Source: Octopus sinensis
Lineage: Eukaryota
Reading direction: 5' to 3'
Assembly: GCF_006345805.1 (NCBI RefSeq)
Contig: NC_043019.1
Coordinates: 1,302,001 to 1,366,000, forward strand
DNA length: 64,000 bases
Shown in pieces: positions 12,911-26,073 of this stretch. Each line of letters opens with the position of its first letter. The stretch's first letter is position 1. The translations under genes and the position numbers were made by a program. Under the pieces are notes generated by a model that saw only the letters and a program-made list of their open reading frames with translations, did no database searches and had not been told where the DNA came from.

Positions 12911-13094
12911 ATTTAGAGATTTTCCATTTAAACGAACAATGCACATTCTTATCCCTATTTCATTTGCCAAGGTTATAAAGACGGTAGATATATAGACAGA
13001 GAGGTTGATTTCATTCTTAATAACATGATAGTAGTATATTCACTCTTCGTCTGATAAGAATGTGCATTGTCCGTTTAATTGGAAAATTATATAA

Positions 13095-13180
13095 GTGGCT
13101 GAAGATTGCTCGATATTTTAAAACTGATGTAATACTTACAGTGTTTAATAAAATGAAGTAGCATGAAACAATTGTACTAC
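13095..13180 (+). ncRNA. Type I hammerhead ribozyme-like motif (extended loop II)
   Basis: Mirror copy of 12843-12910 with a longer loop II. Confidence 0.55.
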
Positions 13181-13312
13181 TCTACCTTGGATATCCTTGT
13201 CGCGTATTTTGATTATAATCACCCCATTTGATTTATATGGATAATACCATACAAAATTCTGGTGCCTTTAACTTAAGTACCATATTCATCTGAATCTAAA
13301 TTTTGCTCAACT

Positions 13313-13364
<52 letters not shown>

Positions 13365-13467
13365 CGTACTCATACGTACACACACACACATACATACAAA
13401 CAGACACACACACACATATAAATATGAGTTTTTGTAGTAAGCAATGTCAATACTTACAATAATAATG

Positions 13468-13553
<86 letters not shown>

Positions 13554-13561
13554 AAGAAGAA

Positions 13562-14400
13562 GAATGGCACACTCCACCCAAAACGTGACAAAGACAGACT
13601 ATATGTACCAAGAAAAAGAGAGGAAAGAGGACTTATTGGATGCAAACGCAGCATTAGAGCAGAAGAAAACAACATAGCATGGTATGTAAAAAATGCCACA
13701 GAACCGATATTACTAGATGTAAGAAGGCCAGGCTTGTGTTGGATAAATGATTGCAAACATAAAGCACTGTACAAGCAATTGAAAACGAATGAAACTGAAA
13801 ATAGGTGGGAAAGAAAAGAATGCATGGACAATTTTATAGGGATGTTGAAGATAAGACAGACAGAGAAAAAAGATGGCTGTGCATGACTAAAATAGATTTA
13901 AAACCGGAAACGGAGGTTCTAATCTCTGCTGCCCAACAGCAAGCACTACGAACAAACTTCATAAAATATAGAGTAGACAATAAGTGATAAGCACAGAATC
14001 TGTGGACGAAATGGTGAAACAGTATAGTATATTACCAGCCAATGTACAGCACCAACCCAGAATGAATATAAGAGACGCCACGTCAATAAGGCAAGGCTTG
14101 TCTATTGGATGATTTGCAACAAGTATGGTCTTGACAGAAAAACAAATTGGTACAACCACAAACCCGAAGGCATCATCGAAAATGATAATGCAAAGATCCT
14201 GTGGGATTTTATCATTCAGTGCGATATGAGATAGAAAATAGGAAACCAGACATAGTCTTAATTGAGAAAGTAAGCTATTCTGGATTATAGATATAGCATG
14301 CCCAGCTGACAACGAGGTATGCGATAGGGAAGAAAAGTCGATAGGTATGACAGGTTAACTTGGGAGGTAAAGCAGTTGTGGTCGATGAAGAAGGTGGTAT
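13562..14400 (+). pseudogene. R4/Dong-clade retrotransposon remnant (end of RT, CCHC finger, REL endonuclease), multiply disrupted
   Basis: Translates to LHPKRDKDRLYVPRK, MHGQF, LKPETEVLISAAQQQALRTN, ILWDF, RKPDIVLI; starts at an (AAT)n(AAG)n tract. Confidence 0.8.
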
Positions 14401-15727
14401 GGAACCAAATCGTGCAGCCGTTTTCGTGTGAAAAGTCAATACATACAAAGGTATATTTTATATATTAGATATATGTGTGCGTGTGTGTGTGTGTGTTTGT
14501 AAATGTGTTTGTGTGTGTGATTGTATCCGTGGAAGGGAAACGCACAGAAGAGAGAGAGTGAGAGAGAAAAGTATATGGATAGATCGGTATAAATTTATAG
14601 AGGGTCAAGATTTGCTAACAGGGTTAAATATTTTGTTATACACTCACGGATTTCCTCGTTTGAATTCATTGTATGTAATATTGGGAATTGCCTTAATTAT
14701 TATAAAGATCTGGCAGTGCCCCACGCTGGTTCTGCTTCAGAATTACGTTGAAGATACACATATCTGTTCAGAACACAGTATCGAAAAGGCAAATTCACAA
14801 TTCAATGGAACAAAAAATCGATAATATAAGTTATAAAGTTAAATAGGTAATGGAATCTATACGGTCGTATAAAACCCATGAATCTGAAAACCATTATGGC
14901 GGCCGTAAAACGATTGAAACCTGCGAACTAATAAAACTGAATAATGATTATATATATATATATGTTCAATAAGGAGAGATATAATAGGATTTTTTGTAAA
15001 CTTGAGACTTTTTGAGTAATGTTCGTTGAGTAGAATTTAGTTTTCATGTCGTTGGGTGTAACATTTCTCTCTGTCAATTTGCATGTTATCAGCAGGCCAT
15101 TTCGAAAACGATAAATGTTCGCCATGTTGTACATTATTAACGGGGTTATATTTTCTTTAATATATCTTTTATAGGATTGTCAACATTTTATTCAACAAAA
15201 CGAATGGTATCTTATAACATTTCAACATTGATATTGATTTGTGTATATTTAGGAAGATCTCTTTGAAATAAACTAATTTATTATTTCGCTATCGAAATCG
15301 CTTTGCAATTTACCATATCAGAAATATTTCTCACACACAAATTTCACATTAATTTCGGAAAAAATCATTCTCAAATATACGTTCACAAATGAATGGTGAT
15401 ACGACCCACAATTTATATTGCTCATATTACCAAATGCAATCAAATTTTCAGTGAGTTAAAAGCAGCTTATCTTATTTTCCACACACACACATACGCACAC
15501 TCAGAAACACACGCACGCAGACATATGTGTATATATAGATGTGTATGTGTGTGTGTATGTGTATACACATGAGGTACACGTTTGGAGCGTGGTTCAAATC
15601 TCTGTTTCTTACGAGTTGCTTTACAATAGGAGTTTTAATAGGACATTCATTAACGGAAGGTGTTATGAAACAAAGCTACAAAAATATCATGATTAATAAT
15701 GTAAAAATATATTTTTGTACATATATG

Positions 15728-15779
<52 letters not shown>

Positions 15780-15877
15780 TATATATATACATACATACAT
15801 ATATATATACAAAATATATGTATGTATACATACGTATATGTACATACTTACATATTATCGTATATATATATATGTAT

Positions 15878-15922
<45 letters not shown>

Positions 15923-15924
<2 letters not shown>

Positions 15925-16110
15925 GGAGAATTCACAAAAAAAACAAAAGACGAAAAGAGGTAGTGTAGACAACAAACAAATGTATTAGTTTAGCGTTCGG
16001 GAAATGAAAAATACTTTAGCGTTTCGAACTTACGCTATTCCACAGAAAGGAATACAGAAAGAAATAAGGAAAATAAAGAATGTGTAGTGGCTACAAAAAA
16101 ATGTTTATAA
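15923..16110 (-). mobile_element. Family D pLTR-like repeat
   Basis: ggggagaattcac...ccacagaaagg after (TA)n. Confidence 0.6.
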
Positions 16111-16499
16111 AGTACAAATAAGTTAAGAAAAGTTCAAAAGGTTCAAAAATTTCGAACGTCGTGGTGTATTGGAGCCATTTCTCATCAGCTGTAATCCAGT
16201 ATAATCCATGGGTAGGAGAGGTGCAGCTGAAGTGTACGAGAGCAGAAAGTCCAGGTAGAGAATTGAGGTAGAGAATCCAGGTAGAATTATCCAGTGTAGC
16301 AGGTGTAGAAAATCCAAAAGAAGTTCGTTGTGTAATGAGAGGAAACAGGATTAATTGATTCGGTCACGTGAGCGTGTAATATATGAGGAGCATTCAGAAA
16401 AAAATGAGCAAGACAACAAACATATGTATTAGTTTAACGCTCGGAAAGTGGAAAAGTCTTTAACGTTTCAGGCCTGCGCTCTTCCACAGAAAGGAACAC

Positions 16500-16950
<451 letters not shown>

Positions 16951-16967
16951 AAGCCGGCTAGGAAGCT

Positions 16968-17300
16968 TCATTTATTTTATTCTTTTATTTAATTCTGTCA
17001 TTTGACTGCGACGATGCTGGAGCACCACCTTTAGTCGAACGAATGAACCGCAGGACTTATTCTTTGTAAGCTTAGTACTTATTCTATCGTTCCCATTTGC
17101 CGAACTACTAAGGTACGGGCAAGCAAACACGCCAACGTCGGTTCTCATGTTATGGTAGATGGACAAACACAGACACACAAACATACACACGCACACACTC
17201 ACACACACACACAAATATATTCATACGACGGTCTTTCAATTTCCGTGAATCAATTCCATAGTACAAGCCACTTGCCCAAGGTGCCACGCTTAGGCACTGA
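16968..17300 (-). mobile_element. SINE family A, diverged, internally deleted
   Basis: Sequence similarity to other copies. Confidence 0.75.
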
Positions 17301-17606
17301 TGAAATGTTCAGCTATAATAGAAAAAAATTATATTAATCTGATTGGTTACTCTACACCTTTGTAGAATACTTGTTTATTATTCTTACACAAAATTATTGA
17401 GTGCTCAGCAAGATTCAACTTCGATGTCACAGTCACTATCATTTTTCTACAAAGAACAATACATGTGTGTATGTGTGTGCCTGTATTTGCATGTATATCT
17501 ACGTGCAGATAGAGAGGAGGAGAGGGAGAGCAAGAGAGAGAAAGAGAGAGAGAGAGAGGTATTTATTCACACATTAGTGTAAGATGGTATCTTGTACGAA
17601 TTATAA

Positions 17607-17808
17607 GGCGGAGAGCTGGCAGAATCGTTAGGACGGTGGACGAAATGCTCAGCGGTATTTCGTCTGCCTTTGCGTTGTGAGTTCAAATCCCGCCGAGGTC
17701 GACTTAGCCTTTCATCCTTTCAGGGTCGATGTAATCGACTTAATACCTATGTTTGTTCTTGTTTGTCCCCTCTATGTTTAGCCCCTTGTGGGTAATAAAG
17801 AAATAGGT
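17607..17808 (+). mobile_element. SINE family C
   Basis: ggcggagagctggcagaatcgttagg...gtaataaagaaataggt. Confidence 0.85.
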
Positions 17809-18848
17809 ATCATGTACGAATGGCATTAGTATATTCTTACATCTTCTAGAATCATTATTATTACATCTCATCCATTTATCTTTCGAAATACAAAATTAAT
17901 CCTGAATTTGTTGAATACTCAATAGAGAACCGTTTCTTTATCCTAATACCATGGAGGTATCGTTATTTGTATAAGCCATGCGATAATCTTCAGGAATATC
18001 CCATGGTACAACTCTGCTTAATAAATTCTTCTGCGAACCTTTTATGCGTTAACGCTGTATACATGTTTTCTTGTTTCTTTTACCAACCTTAGCAAAATTG
18101 TACAAATGTGTGTTTGCTTGGGATAAATGCAGATGTTTATATCAAGATAATATTTATTTTCGAGACTTATAGCATCTTCATAACCGTAATTAGTTGGGAA
18201 TATCCATAGCATTTAAAAGCCTCATCAGAAACTCCTATTTCGTTACTCCTTCTGTTCCGAAAATTTGGTATTTGGATTAAATTAACCAAAACATCACGTT
18301 TTTATGAGCTATATATAACATGCGTAATATGTACCACTACAAGTATTAAAAATACTACTTAAATAAAATCTGCAAGAAGATGTCATTTTATGAAAAGAGC
18401 CCTTCGTAATATTGTGGAAATAAATGCTCATAATACCCGGGCCAAAACTGGAATCTCTATTTCTTTGCTCCAATGGCTCCAAATAACAAGCAATTATAAA
18501 TTTACACATGATTTTCAAAAGTTATGTAACACTAAATTTGCTGTTAAATTTATATATCAGAAAAACAGACGGGATTGTTATAGTATGCTTTTTATTCTTC
18601 GAATGCTCAATGAGAGTTTTGGAAATAAATGCCTCTCATTCACAAACCATAGAGAGAGTCCTTACAGAGGGAATCACCCGATTTATATAATAGGTAATGA
18701 TTAAATGGTCATATCCCCTAACATATTCAGAAAATAGTATATACGAATCATATTACAAAAGTAGATTCAAGTGTTACAAAGAAGGACGGGATATGTATGG
18801 AAGAAGAATTTGAATGTATGTTCAGTGGACGCTGACCTTGTGCCAAAC

Positions 18849-19155
18849 CAGTGGTTCTCAACCATTTCTTTCATATAGACCCCTTTGACGACTATTTTAT
18901 TCTGGTGGATCTCCATATCCACTGGATATTTTTAATAAACAGTTTTGTTGATACTTATTTCAAAATTTCTATTTTGTGTTTCACACAATAGCTTGCGTAG
19001 GTTTGCAGGCTGGAAACATGTTATGCCATGCAAAACATTTGAGAAAGAAACCTAGCTTTTTCATGCAATAAATATATCTAAAGCAAATTTGCTATTCTTA
19101 CTAAATCTTAAATGGACTCCCCAGGGGTCAGATGCATCCTGGTTGAGAACCACTA
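18849..19155. mobile_element. hAT (Charlie-like) MITE
   Basis: TIRs CAGTGGTTCTCAACC / GGTTGAGAACCACTA; degenerate 8-bp TSD tgccaaac/tgctgaac. Confidence 0.8.
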
Positions 19156-19417
19156 TGCTGAACGACACCAGCTGCACTGAATTATGGACAATATATATTT
19201 TGTTATTCAATCATATTTTCTTGTGAAAAATTTATAGGAATGTATTTCCCACGGCAGAAAATGCAAATCCAGATCATTCTTTTCAGCTCTAGATTATGTA
19301 GTAAATTTATTGTAAAGCCTATTGTTGGCCATGATCGAGAAAGCATATTATGAAAGACACTCCTGTTCTGAACGTTCTCTCATTCAGATAGTGTATAACG
19401 TCTCTTTGTTTATATTA

Positions 19418-19705
19418 GTGGAGGCGCAATGGCCCAGTGGTTAGGGCAGCGAACTCGTGGTCGTAGAATCGCGGTTCCGATTCCCAGACCGAGCATTTGA
19501 GCTCTGTTGTTTATAATTCAAGGACAGAAGGCGGCGAACTGGCAGAAACGTTAGCACACCGGGCGAAAAGCTTAGCGCTATTTCGTCTGTCTTTACGTTC
19601 CGAGTTCAAATTCCGCCGATGTCGACTTCGTCTTTCTTTCTTTCGGGGTCGATAAATTATGTACCAGTTCTGTACTGGAATCGATCAAATCGACAAGTCC
19701 CCTTT
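19418..19705 (+). mobile_element. SINE B tRNA-like head (19418-19500) followed by a SINE C copy (~19530-19705)
   Basis: gtggaggcgcaatggcccagtggttaggg head, then ggcggcgaactggcagaaacgttagc. Confidence 0.75.
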
Positions 19706-20107
19706 TTGCATGATTCGATATGAAAGCAGATTTGAAGATGTGCCGTTGGTTTTATTAAGGATTCATATTTCTTTGGCCGTTTCAAAGGAAGAAATATCTG
19801 CCGCTTTAAACTGCCCGGCGTTTGGTGCAGGCAAATCTTCGGAATTATTTCTAGTCTCTTCTTCTGCCTAGTAACTTAGTCATCAGTGCTCTCATTAAAT
19901 AAAGCTGCTCAGAAAGGATTATAACCAATTCTTCTAACGGCAAAGATGAAAGAAATTAATTTCAAGTTAAATCTCTTGTGGCTTAACGTGCAGCTCTGTT
20001 GCTATGTTTCCGACTGCTTACTTAGCCAATCAACATTATCGATCAGCATTCAAGGACGATTATTGACGGAAGTCGCTATTTTGCTTTACACCTTACAAAA
20101 TAATTCC

Positions 20108-20370
20108 ATGCTCTTTTACTCTTTTACTTGTTTCAGTCATTTGACTGCGGCCATGCTGGAGCACCGCCTTTAATCGAGCAACTCGACCCGGGACTTATTC
20201 TTTTGTAATCCCAGTACTTAATCTATCGGACTCTTTTGCCGAACCGCTAAGTAACGGGGACATAAACACACCAGCATCGGTTGTCAAGCAATGCTAGGGG
20301 TACAAACACAGACACACAAACACACACACGCATATATATACATATATACGACAGGCTTCTTTCAGTTTCC
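20108..20370 (-). mobile_element. SINE family A, 5'-truncated
   Basis: Ends at ttcagtttcc (20370), then unique sequence. Confidence 0.9.
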
Positions 20371-21527
20371 TATGAAAATAATAACATATTGCAATGGTTG
20401 AATGTATCTGTATTTCGTAGTGTTTAGGGTGACATGCGCGTTTAATAGAAGAGATGGAGATTACTAGTGGGATCATCCGTTAGTGTATTATCCCCCACCC
20501 ATTTGTCGCCAACGGAGGCAACGCCAATGTTAGTGATGGCGGGGCTTAAACTCAGGCTTTTTAACATCTTGTAAATGAAGGTTGCGTCTAAAATTAAGAG
20601 TTAATCATTTTCGAGCTGTATAACAACACGGTCGATCGATATACTGAGTTCTTCCCTATACTTATTCATCTCTGCTAACATAATGACATTATACCAAACA
20701 CATCAAGCTTTTAGCGCACTGAGGTAATCCATCTTTGTTTCTATCAACTCTCCTCAATAGATTACCCATGAACAGCGGTCCTCAACTGGAGTCCATCGAC
20801 CTTTAGGGGTCTGCGTATTGTTAGTAGTTAAAATTTATGTGCAAATTAATTTGTTATACTTCTACAATACACATAATATTATGACAATTATTTGTATACA
20901 ATTCCTAATGATATTTGATTATAAAAAATATGTTATTCTTTTTTTATTCAGTATGTAAATGGCTCTGAGGGTCCATCTGAATAAAACAGTAATCAAGAGA
21001 GTCCATCGATACAAAAATATAAACGAGAAACATAGCCCGAAAGGGTGACCCTGCTAGTCGACAAAAGCACTGATATAATACAAGTTATACTGAACTAGTA
21101 ATACAAATAGTACTAATTTGTTACTCAATATACCTGTACATGCATATTATTGAATTAGTACATATACGTGTATAGACGTATACTGACAAAGTACAGTTAT
21201 CAAAAGGTATTTAACCAAATTTCTCTAAGTGTGATGGGAGTGAGACGGCTTGCTCATATTTCATATAACAACACATTGGTTGTTTTGCGTTTCCATTTAA
21301 TTAAAAAGAGAATTATTTGTATAAAGATAACAAAAAGTTGATGGCTAACACACAACGGGCATCGCAAAAGTGATAGTTATCTTGGCTTTGTCCTTGAATT
21401 TTGAATCTAAAGACACTAGTAGAAAATCACATTTCATAATTCCAGCGTTCACGTTTTGTGTAGCAGGTAATCAGCTCTAACCGTTTTATTTTCAATTTTA
21501 TCGTGGCTACCAAATAATTGCCTTTTT

Positions 21528-21773
21528 TTTTTTACTCTTTTTACTTGTTTCAGGCTGGAGCACCGCCTTTAATCGAGCAACTCGACCCCAAGACTTATTC
21601 TTTGTAAGCCCAATACTTATTCTATCAGTCTCTTTTGCCGAACCGCTAGTTGACGGGGACATAAACACCGCAGCATCGGTTGTCAAGCAATGCTAGGGGG
21701 ACAAAAAGAGACACGCACACACACACACACACACACAAACAGAGTACAGGACAAACAATACAAGGAAAATTCC

Positions 21774-21813
<40 letters not shown>

Positions 21814-21899
21814 GGAATTTTCCTTGTATTGTTTGTCCTGTACTCTGTTCTTTCGTTATATATATATATATATGCATATATTTTATTTATTTATTATAT

Positions 21900-21991
<92 letters not shown>

Positions 21992-22156
21992 GCGACGGGC
22001 TTTTTTCAGTTTCTGTCTGCCAAATCCACTCACAAGGCTTTGGTCGGCCTGAGGCTATAGCAGAAGACACTTGCCCAAGGTGCCACGCAGTCGGACTGAA
22101 CCCGGAACCATGTGGTTGGTAAACAAGCTACTTACCACACAGCCACTCCTGCGCCT
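21528..22156 (-). mobile_element. SINE family A interrupted by an inverted-repeat/(TA)n insertion
   Basis: 3' half 21528-21737, 5' half ~21980-22156. Confidence 0.85.
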
Positions 22157-22194
22157 ATTACATATTAGTTTTACAGATACACACACACACACAC

Positions 22195-22278
<84 letters not shown>

Positions 22279-22739
22279 CAGTTCAAAAGGTTTTACTGCT
22301 CCGTGAAATGAAAAGGTATCTGCAGCATTAAACTTACTAATTTCGAGTGCATGCATGGTTTAGGAATCATGTCATTGCCCTTCCCCCTCCTCCTCCTCCT
22401 CCTCTTCCTTCCATTAAGACAGTAACCACTGTTCTCTTTAAAGTAAGCCCTTCAATTACAAGAGACTATATATTATATTTTTAATTGCCAAGATCAAAGA
22501 GAATCATTTTACCATAAATACTTCCTGTTTAATGTGCACGCCTGTAACTATGTTTCCAACTGCCTACTTTGCCAAGCAAACATCAACAATCGACTTTGAA
22601 AGACTGATATGGCTAATAGCTTAATTTTATTTATTTGTTTTATCTCCTGTAGCTATTGGGTCATCCCATAAATTATACGGGGTTTTCAATTGCATGAACT
22701 AAAATTTGGAGCATATTTTGCTTTATAACTTCAATAAAG

Positions 22740-22986
22740 CTCTCCACTTCACACACCTTCCCTAACCGACTCCTCCCCTCATTCAAACGAGCCAACAATC
22801 TACGAGACTTCTTGGTCCACAGCTTCTTCTCTCACCCAACTTCCAAACCCGCTCTTTCTCCTGTTCGCACCCACACTTCCCCTTAACTTTCCAACACCAC
22901 CCTTCTCAAAGGCACACATCATCGACCCTATCATATCACTGACTCCTTCACCTACATTTCTAGCAACGTCACCTATAGCATCTCCT

Positions 22987-23032
<46 letters not shown>

Positions 23033-23164
23033 TCTCTATACATCGGTCAAACGGCTCGCCGCCTGGCCAACCGGTTTCCGGAACACTTCCGAGACATCGG
23101 ACTCGTCAACGGTCTCGCGCCATTTCCGCTCTACCGGTTACTCTTTACAACACCTATCTGTGTT

Positions 23165-23168
<4 letters not shown>
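22740..23168 (+). pseudogene. Penelope-like element GIY-YIG endonuclease remnant
   Basis: Translates to LPSFKRANNLRDFLVHS...SNVTYSISCSL-(CT)n-LYIGQTARRLANRFPEHFRDI...HF; interrupted by (CT)n. Confidence 0.8.
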
Positions 23169-23202
<34 letters not shown>

Positions 23203-23207
<5 letters not shown>

Positions 23208-23908
23208 GGAGTTTAACGCAGGTATAGTTCAAATACTTCCGGCACATGTTTCGAAGATTTCACTGATATTATTCCAAAGGCAAGGAATTCTGACTTCTCT
23301 GTAATTCTGAACTATTTTTCATTATTTTTTTCTAAAAATCCCCTAGTAAATACGGTTATAGAGCGTGCATACCGATGTAAACATTGGCAAAAACACACCT
23401 TTAGTTCATATAAGTAATTTCTATCATTACATATAATATAGACACTAATTTTCTTTTTATATTTAGCATTCACTAAAATAATATCCCTCCTCTTTCTATA
23501 GGCTACTTCTGACGTTATATCATATAATGCTTTTTCAAACAATATTAATAGCGTTCAGTAAATCACTATACATATCCATCAATTTCTATTAAAATGTCTT
23601 ATTAACGAGTTTCAGTTCTTCACTTCCCTGAAGAGGTTACATTGTTTTACACCATTTATTCCTTTCAAATAATATCAGTGAAATCTTCGAAACATGTGTC
23701 GGAAGTAAAAGTATTTAAATTATACCTGTGTTAAACTCCATTTATTTATTCATTTATATTACAGAAAATTCCACGTAAAACCGACGTTTCTACCTTTAAC
23801 AACAAGGAGTTACAACCTCTTTACTTGTGGGATTTTCTGCTACCCTGGTAACTAAATATCTATTTTTTCCGTGTTAATTGTTAACAAGGGAAAAATACAG
23901 TCATCTAT
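23203..23908 (+). mobile_element. 5'-truncated Penelope-like element with inverted 5' pLTR piece
   Basis: C-terminus LVNTVIERAYRCKHWQKHTFSSYK* (same family as 37676-38296); 23203-23290 is the reverse complement of ~23660-23745; degenerate HHR at 23623-23705. Confidence 0.8.
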
Positions 23909-24569
23909 ATATATATACACTTACTACTATACACTCACGTATACATCTATGTATGCATCTATGTGTGTGTATGTATGTTTGTATGTATCTATCTACCTAT
24001 CTACGTACTGAGAGGGAAAAGATACAGCCTTATACATTTGAGAATGAGGAAGGCAAATTTATCTATGATGAGACGCATCTTGTAGAGATGCCATGGAAAC
24101 CTCACCGTCGTGACACTAAAGTGGAGGGGGGGGGGCAAAACTTGAAGCACAAGAAGAGAGTAGTAGACGGAGAGGACATTCACATATAGGGAAATATATA
24201 ACCTTTTAAAGTCTTGTCATTATTAAAATGTAAGCTAAAATGTCTTAATTCTCTTTTTTTTCATATTCTTCAACGTCTTCCATATATTCTTTCTTACGCT
24301 CTGACAAACTCTTAATTTGTTAATAAATCAACGGAAAATAAAACAAGAATTATCTCTCTGTTACACAAAATGTCGACGTACGATTAAAAACGTTGTGCTC
24401 GAATTGCCATGAAATGTAATTTTCTGCCATTATAAGAAGAGATATGTAAAATTTAAGCCAAAATAACTGGCTTTTTGTTTGCTTCGCCTCATTGTTATAC
24501 ATCTACGTTTTGTTGCCTAACTTAAAATTACTATGATCAACACATATTTTCTATCACAAGATTTACCAA

Positions 24570-25480
24570 TGGGTCTTAGTTAATTTTCGGGTGCTTAAAC
24601 CAAATCTCGCATCAGATCTTATGTAACACATCAGATTTTTGAGAAAAAAATCTTCCATGCATGCTGAAAAGCCGCTGTTGTTTAATGCTCATAAGGGAAG
24701 AATTAAACATACCTAGATAAATGTTTAATACACAATGAGTATTTTTGTTATCGAATAAACAAAACACAGACTCGAGGGAGTAAATGCATACTAGCATTTA
24801 AGAATTTAGCTTGGTGGTAACAAAACATGACTACCAAATCTCTTTTCATTATGGTCATTCATTCTGCAAAAGATTCCTTTTTTTTTTTTGATATCTTGTG
24901 CACAGCTTCTAGAATGTTTCTTATGTAGATCCAGCAGTGATCTGCCATCATGTTTCATCCCCATCGTGCTTGGTAGCTTTTCTCCAATACTTTTACGTTT
25001 TCATGAAATTCATCACCTTGTTCTTCACTAAAATAACACACGTTCTCTGGAAACCCAAGTGACTGCCTAAGTAGTACAATTTTATGCTAAATCTAGATCC
25101 AGGGGCTTTCAAACTCAAGAGCAGCTCCACCACAATCTCTTGATATTTAACAACTTTCCTGTTTCCAAGGAAATTGCGCACAACATAAGAGAAGAACTTC
25201 CAAGCTCTACCCTCCGCCGCATTCATTGTTGTAACAAAATGCGGATCCCTGAGGAGTATTTTAATTTGAAGTCCATCAAACATTCCTTCCTTCTTCTCGT
25301 CACAATTTTGGAATGGGTTGTACGTATATATATATACATATATGAAGCAGTCTTCACTGTGAACTTGGAAGAATTGAAGAGCTTTGATGAATTGCTTCAT
25401 CACGCCAAGTTTCAACACAGGTTTTGCAAAGTTTGTGGGGAGCCCAGGTTTTGTCCTGGTCTCCAATCGTTATTTTAAAG
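24570..25480 (-). mobile_element. Chapaev3-type (CMC superfamily) DNA transposon remnant
   Basis: ORF 24993-25466: LKLGVMKQFIKAL...KEGMFDGLQIK.LLRD..F...VVRNFLGNRK...SHL, recognised as the Chapaev3 transposase C-terminal half; subterminal agcacc..aaaatta motif near 24580 and 25840. Confidence 0.75.
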
Positions 25481-26073
25481 TATTCAAAATTATTTAAATG
25501 CATTATTTTAAAGTTATAATTGATGCACCTTTGAGTCTGCAGAGTAAAGTTTCCACAGATATAATAGAAATATCCAGGTCATTACAGCACATCTCTTTGG
25601 TGTTGTATCCATAAGTAGATCAAAGTGGTTCAGCTCACGCCTGAAAAGAAGAGATAGGGTTTTAAAACAAACTCTGCTTCAACGTATTATTCAAAATTAC
25701 TTTCACAATCCAGCCAAAATTCCCGCAAATAGTGGTGCAAAATTAACTTCTGGTGTGATGTGCTTGAGCTAAATAAAAGTATATACTGATGACACAAAAA
25801 TGTGATGTGATAGACCAAATCTGAGGTCGGTTTTTGAATCAGCACCCCAAAATTAGTCTCAGATTTTATACCAGACAAAAAGTTATATTTTGTTGACCAG
25901 GGTTATTATGAATTTTCTTTGTAATAAATTCATAAAGAAAAGATATATTTTCCTATTAGACAAATAAGAGCAAGCGATTGCCATCGCTCTTACTTGCACG
26001 ACCACTATTTCTGTAATCTGTACAGGGTACAGGTAGATCCAAACATCGCAATATATGTTACTTTTCATACATA

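Larger units (their letters stand above)
12807..13316. mobile_element. Penelope pLTR-derived imperfect palindrome between (TA)n tracts
   Basis: Arms 12807-12955 and ~13040-13217 are reverse complements; right arm extends to 13316. Same family as 51022-51322. Confidence 0.75.

Noticed and set aside
16141-16195. Hammerhead on minus strand (CTGATGA-GAA..TTC-GAAA)
   Set aside because: Core and helix II are present but there is no helix III, UH site or helix I partner downstream.
18390-18704. 104-aa plus-strand ORF
   Set aside because: No motif or splice support; the coding-like signal in this block is on the opposite strand.
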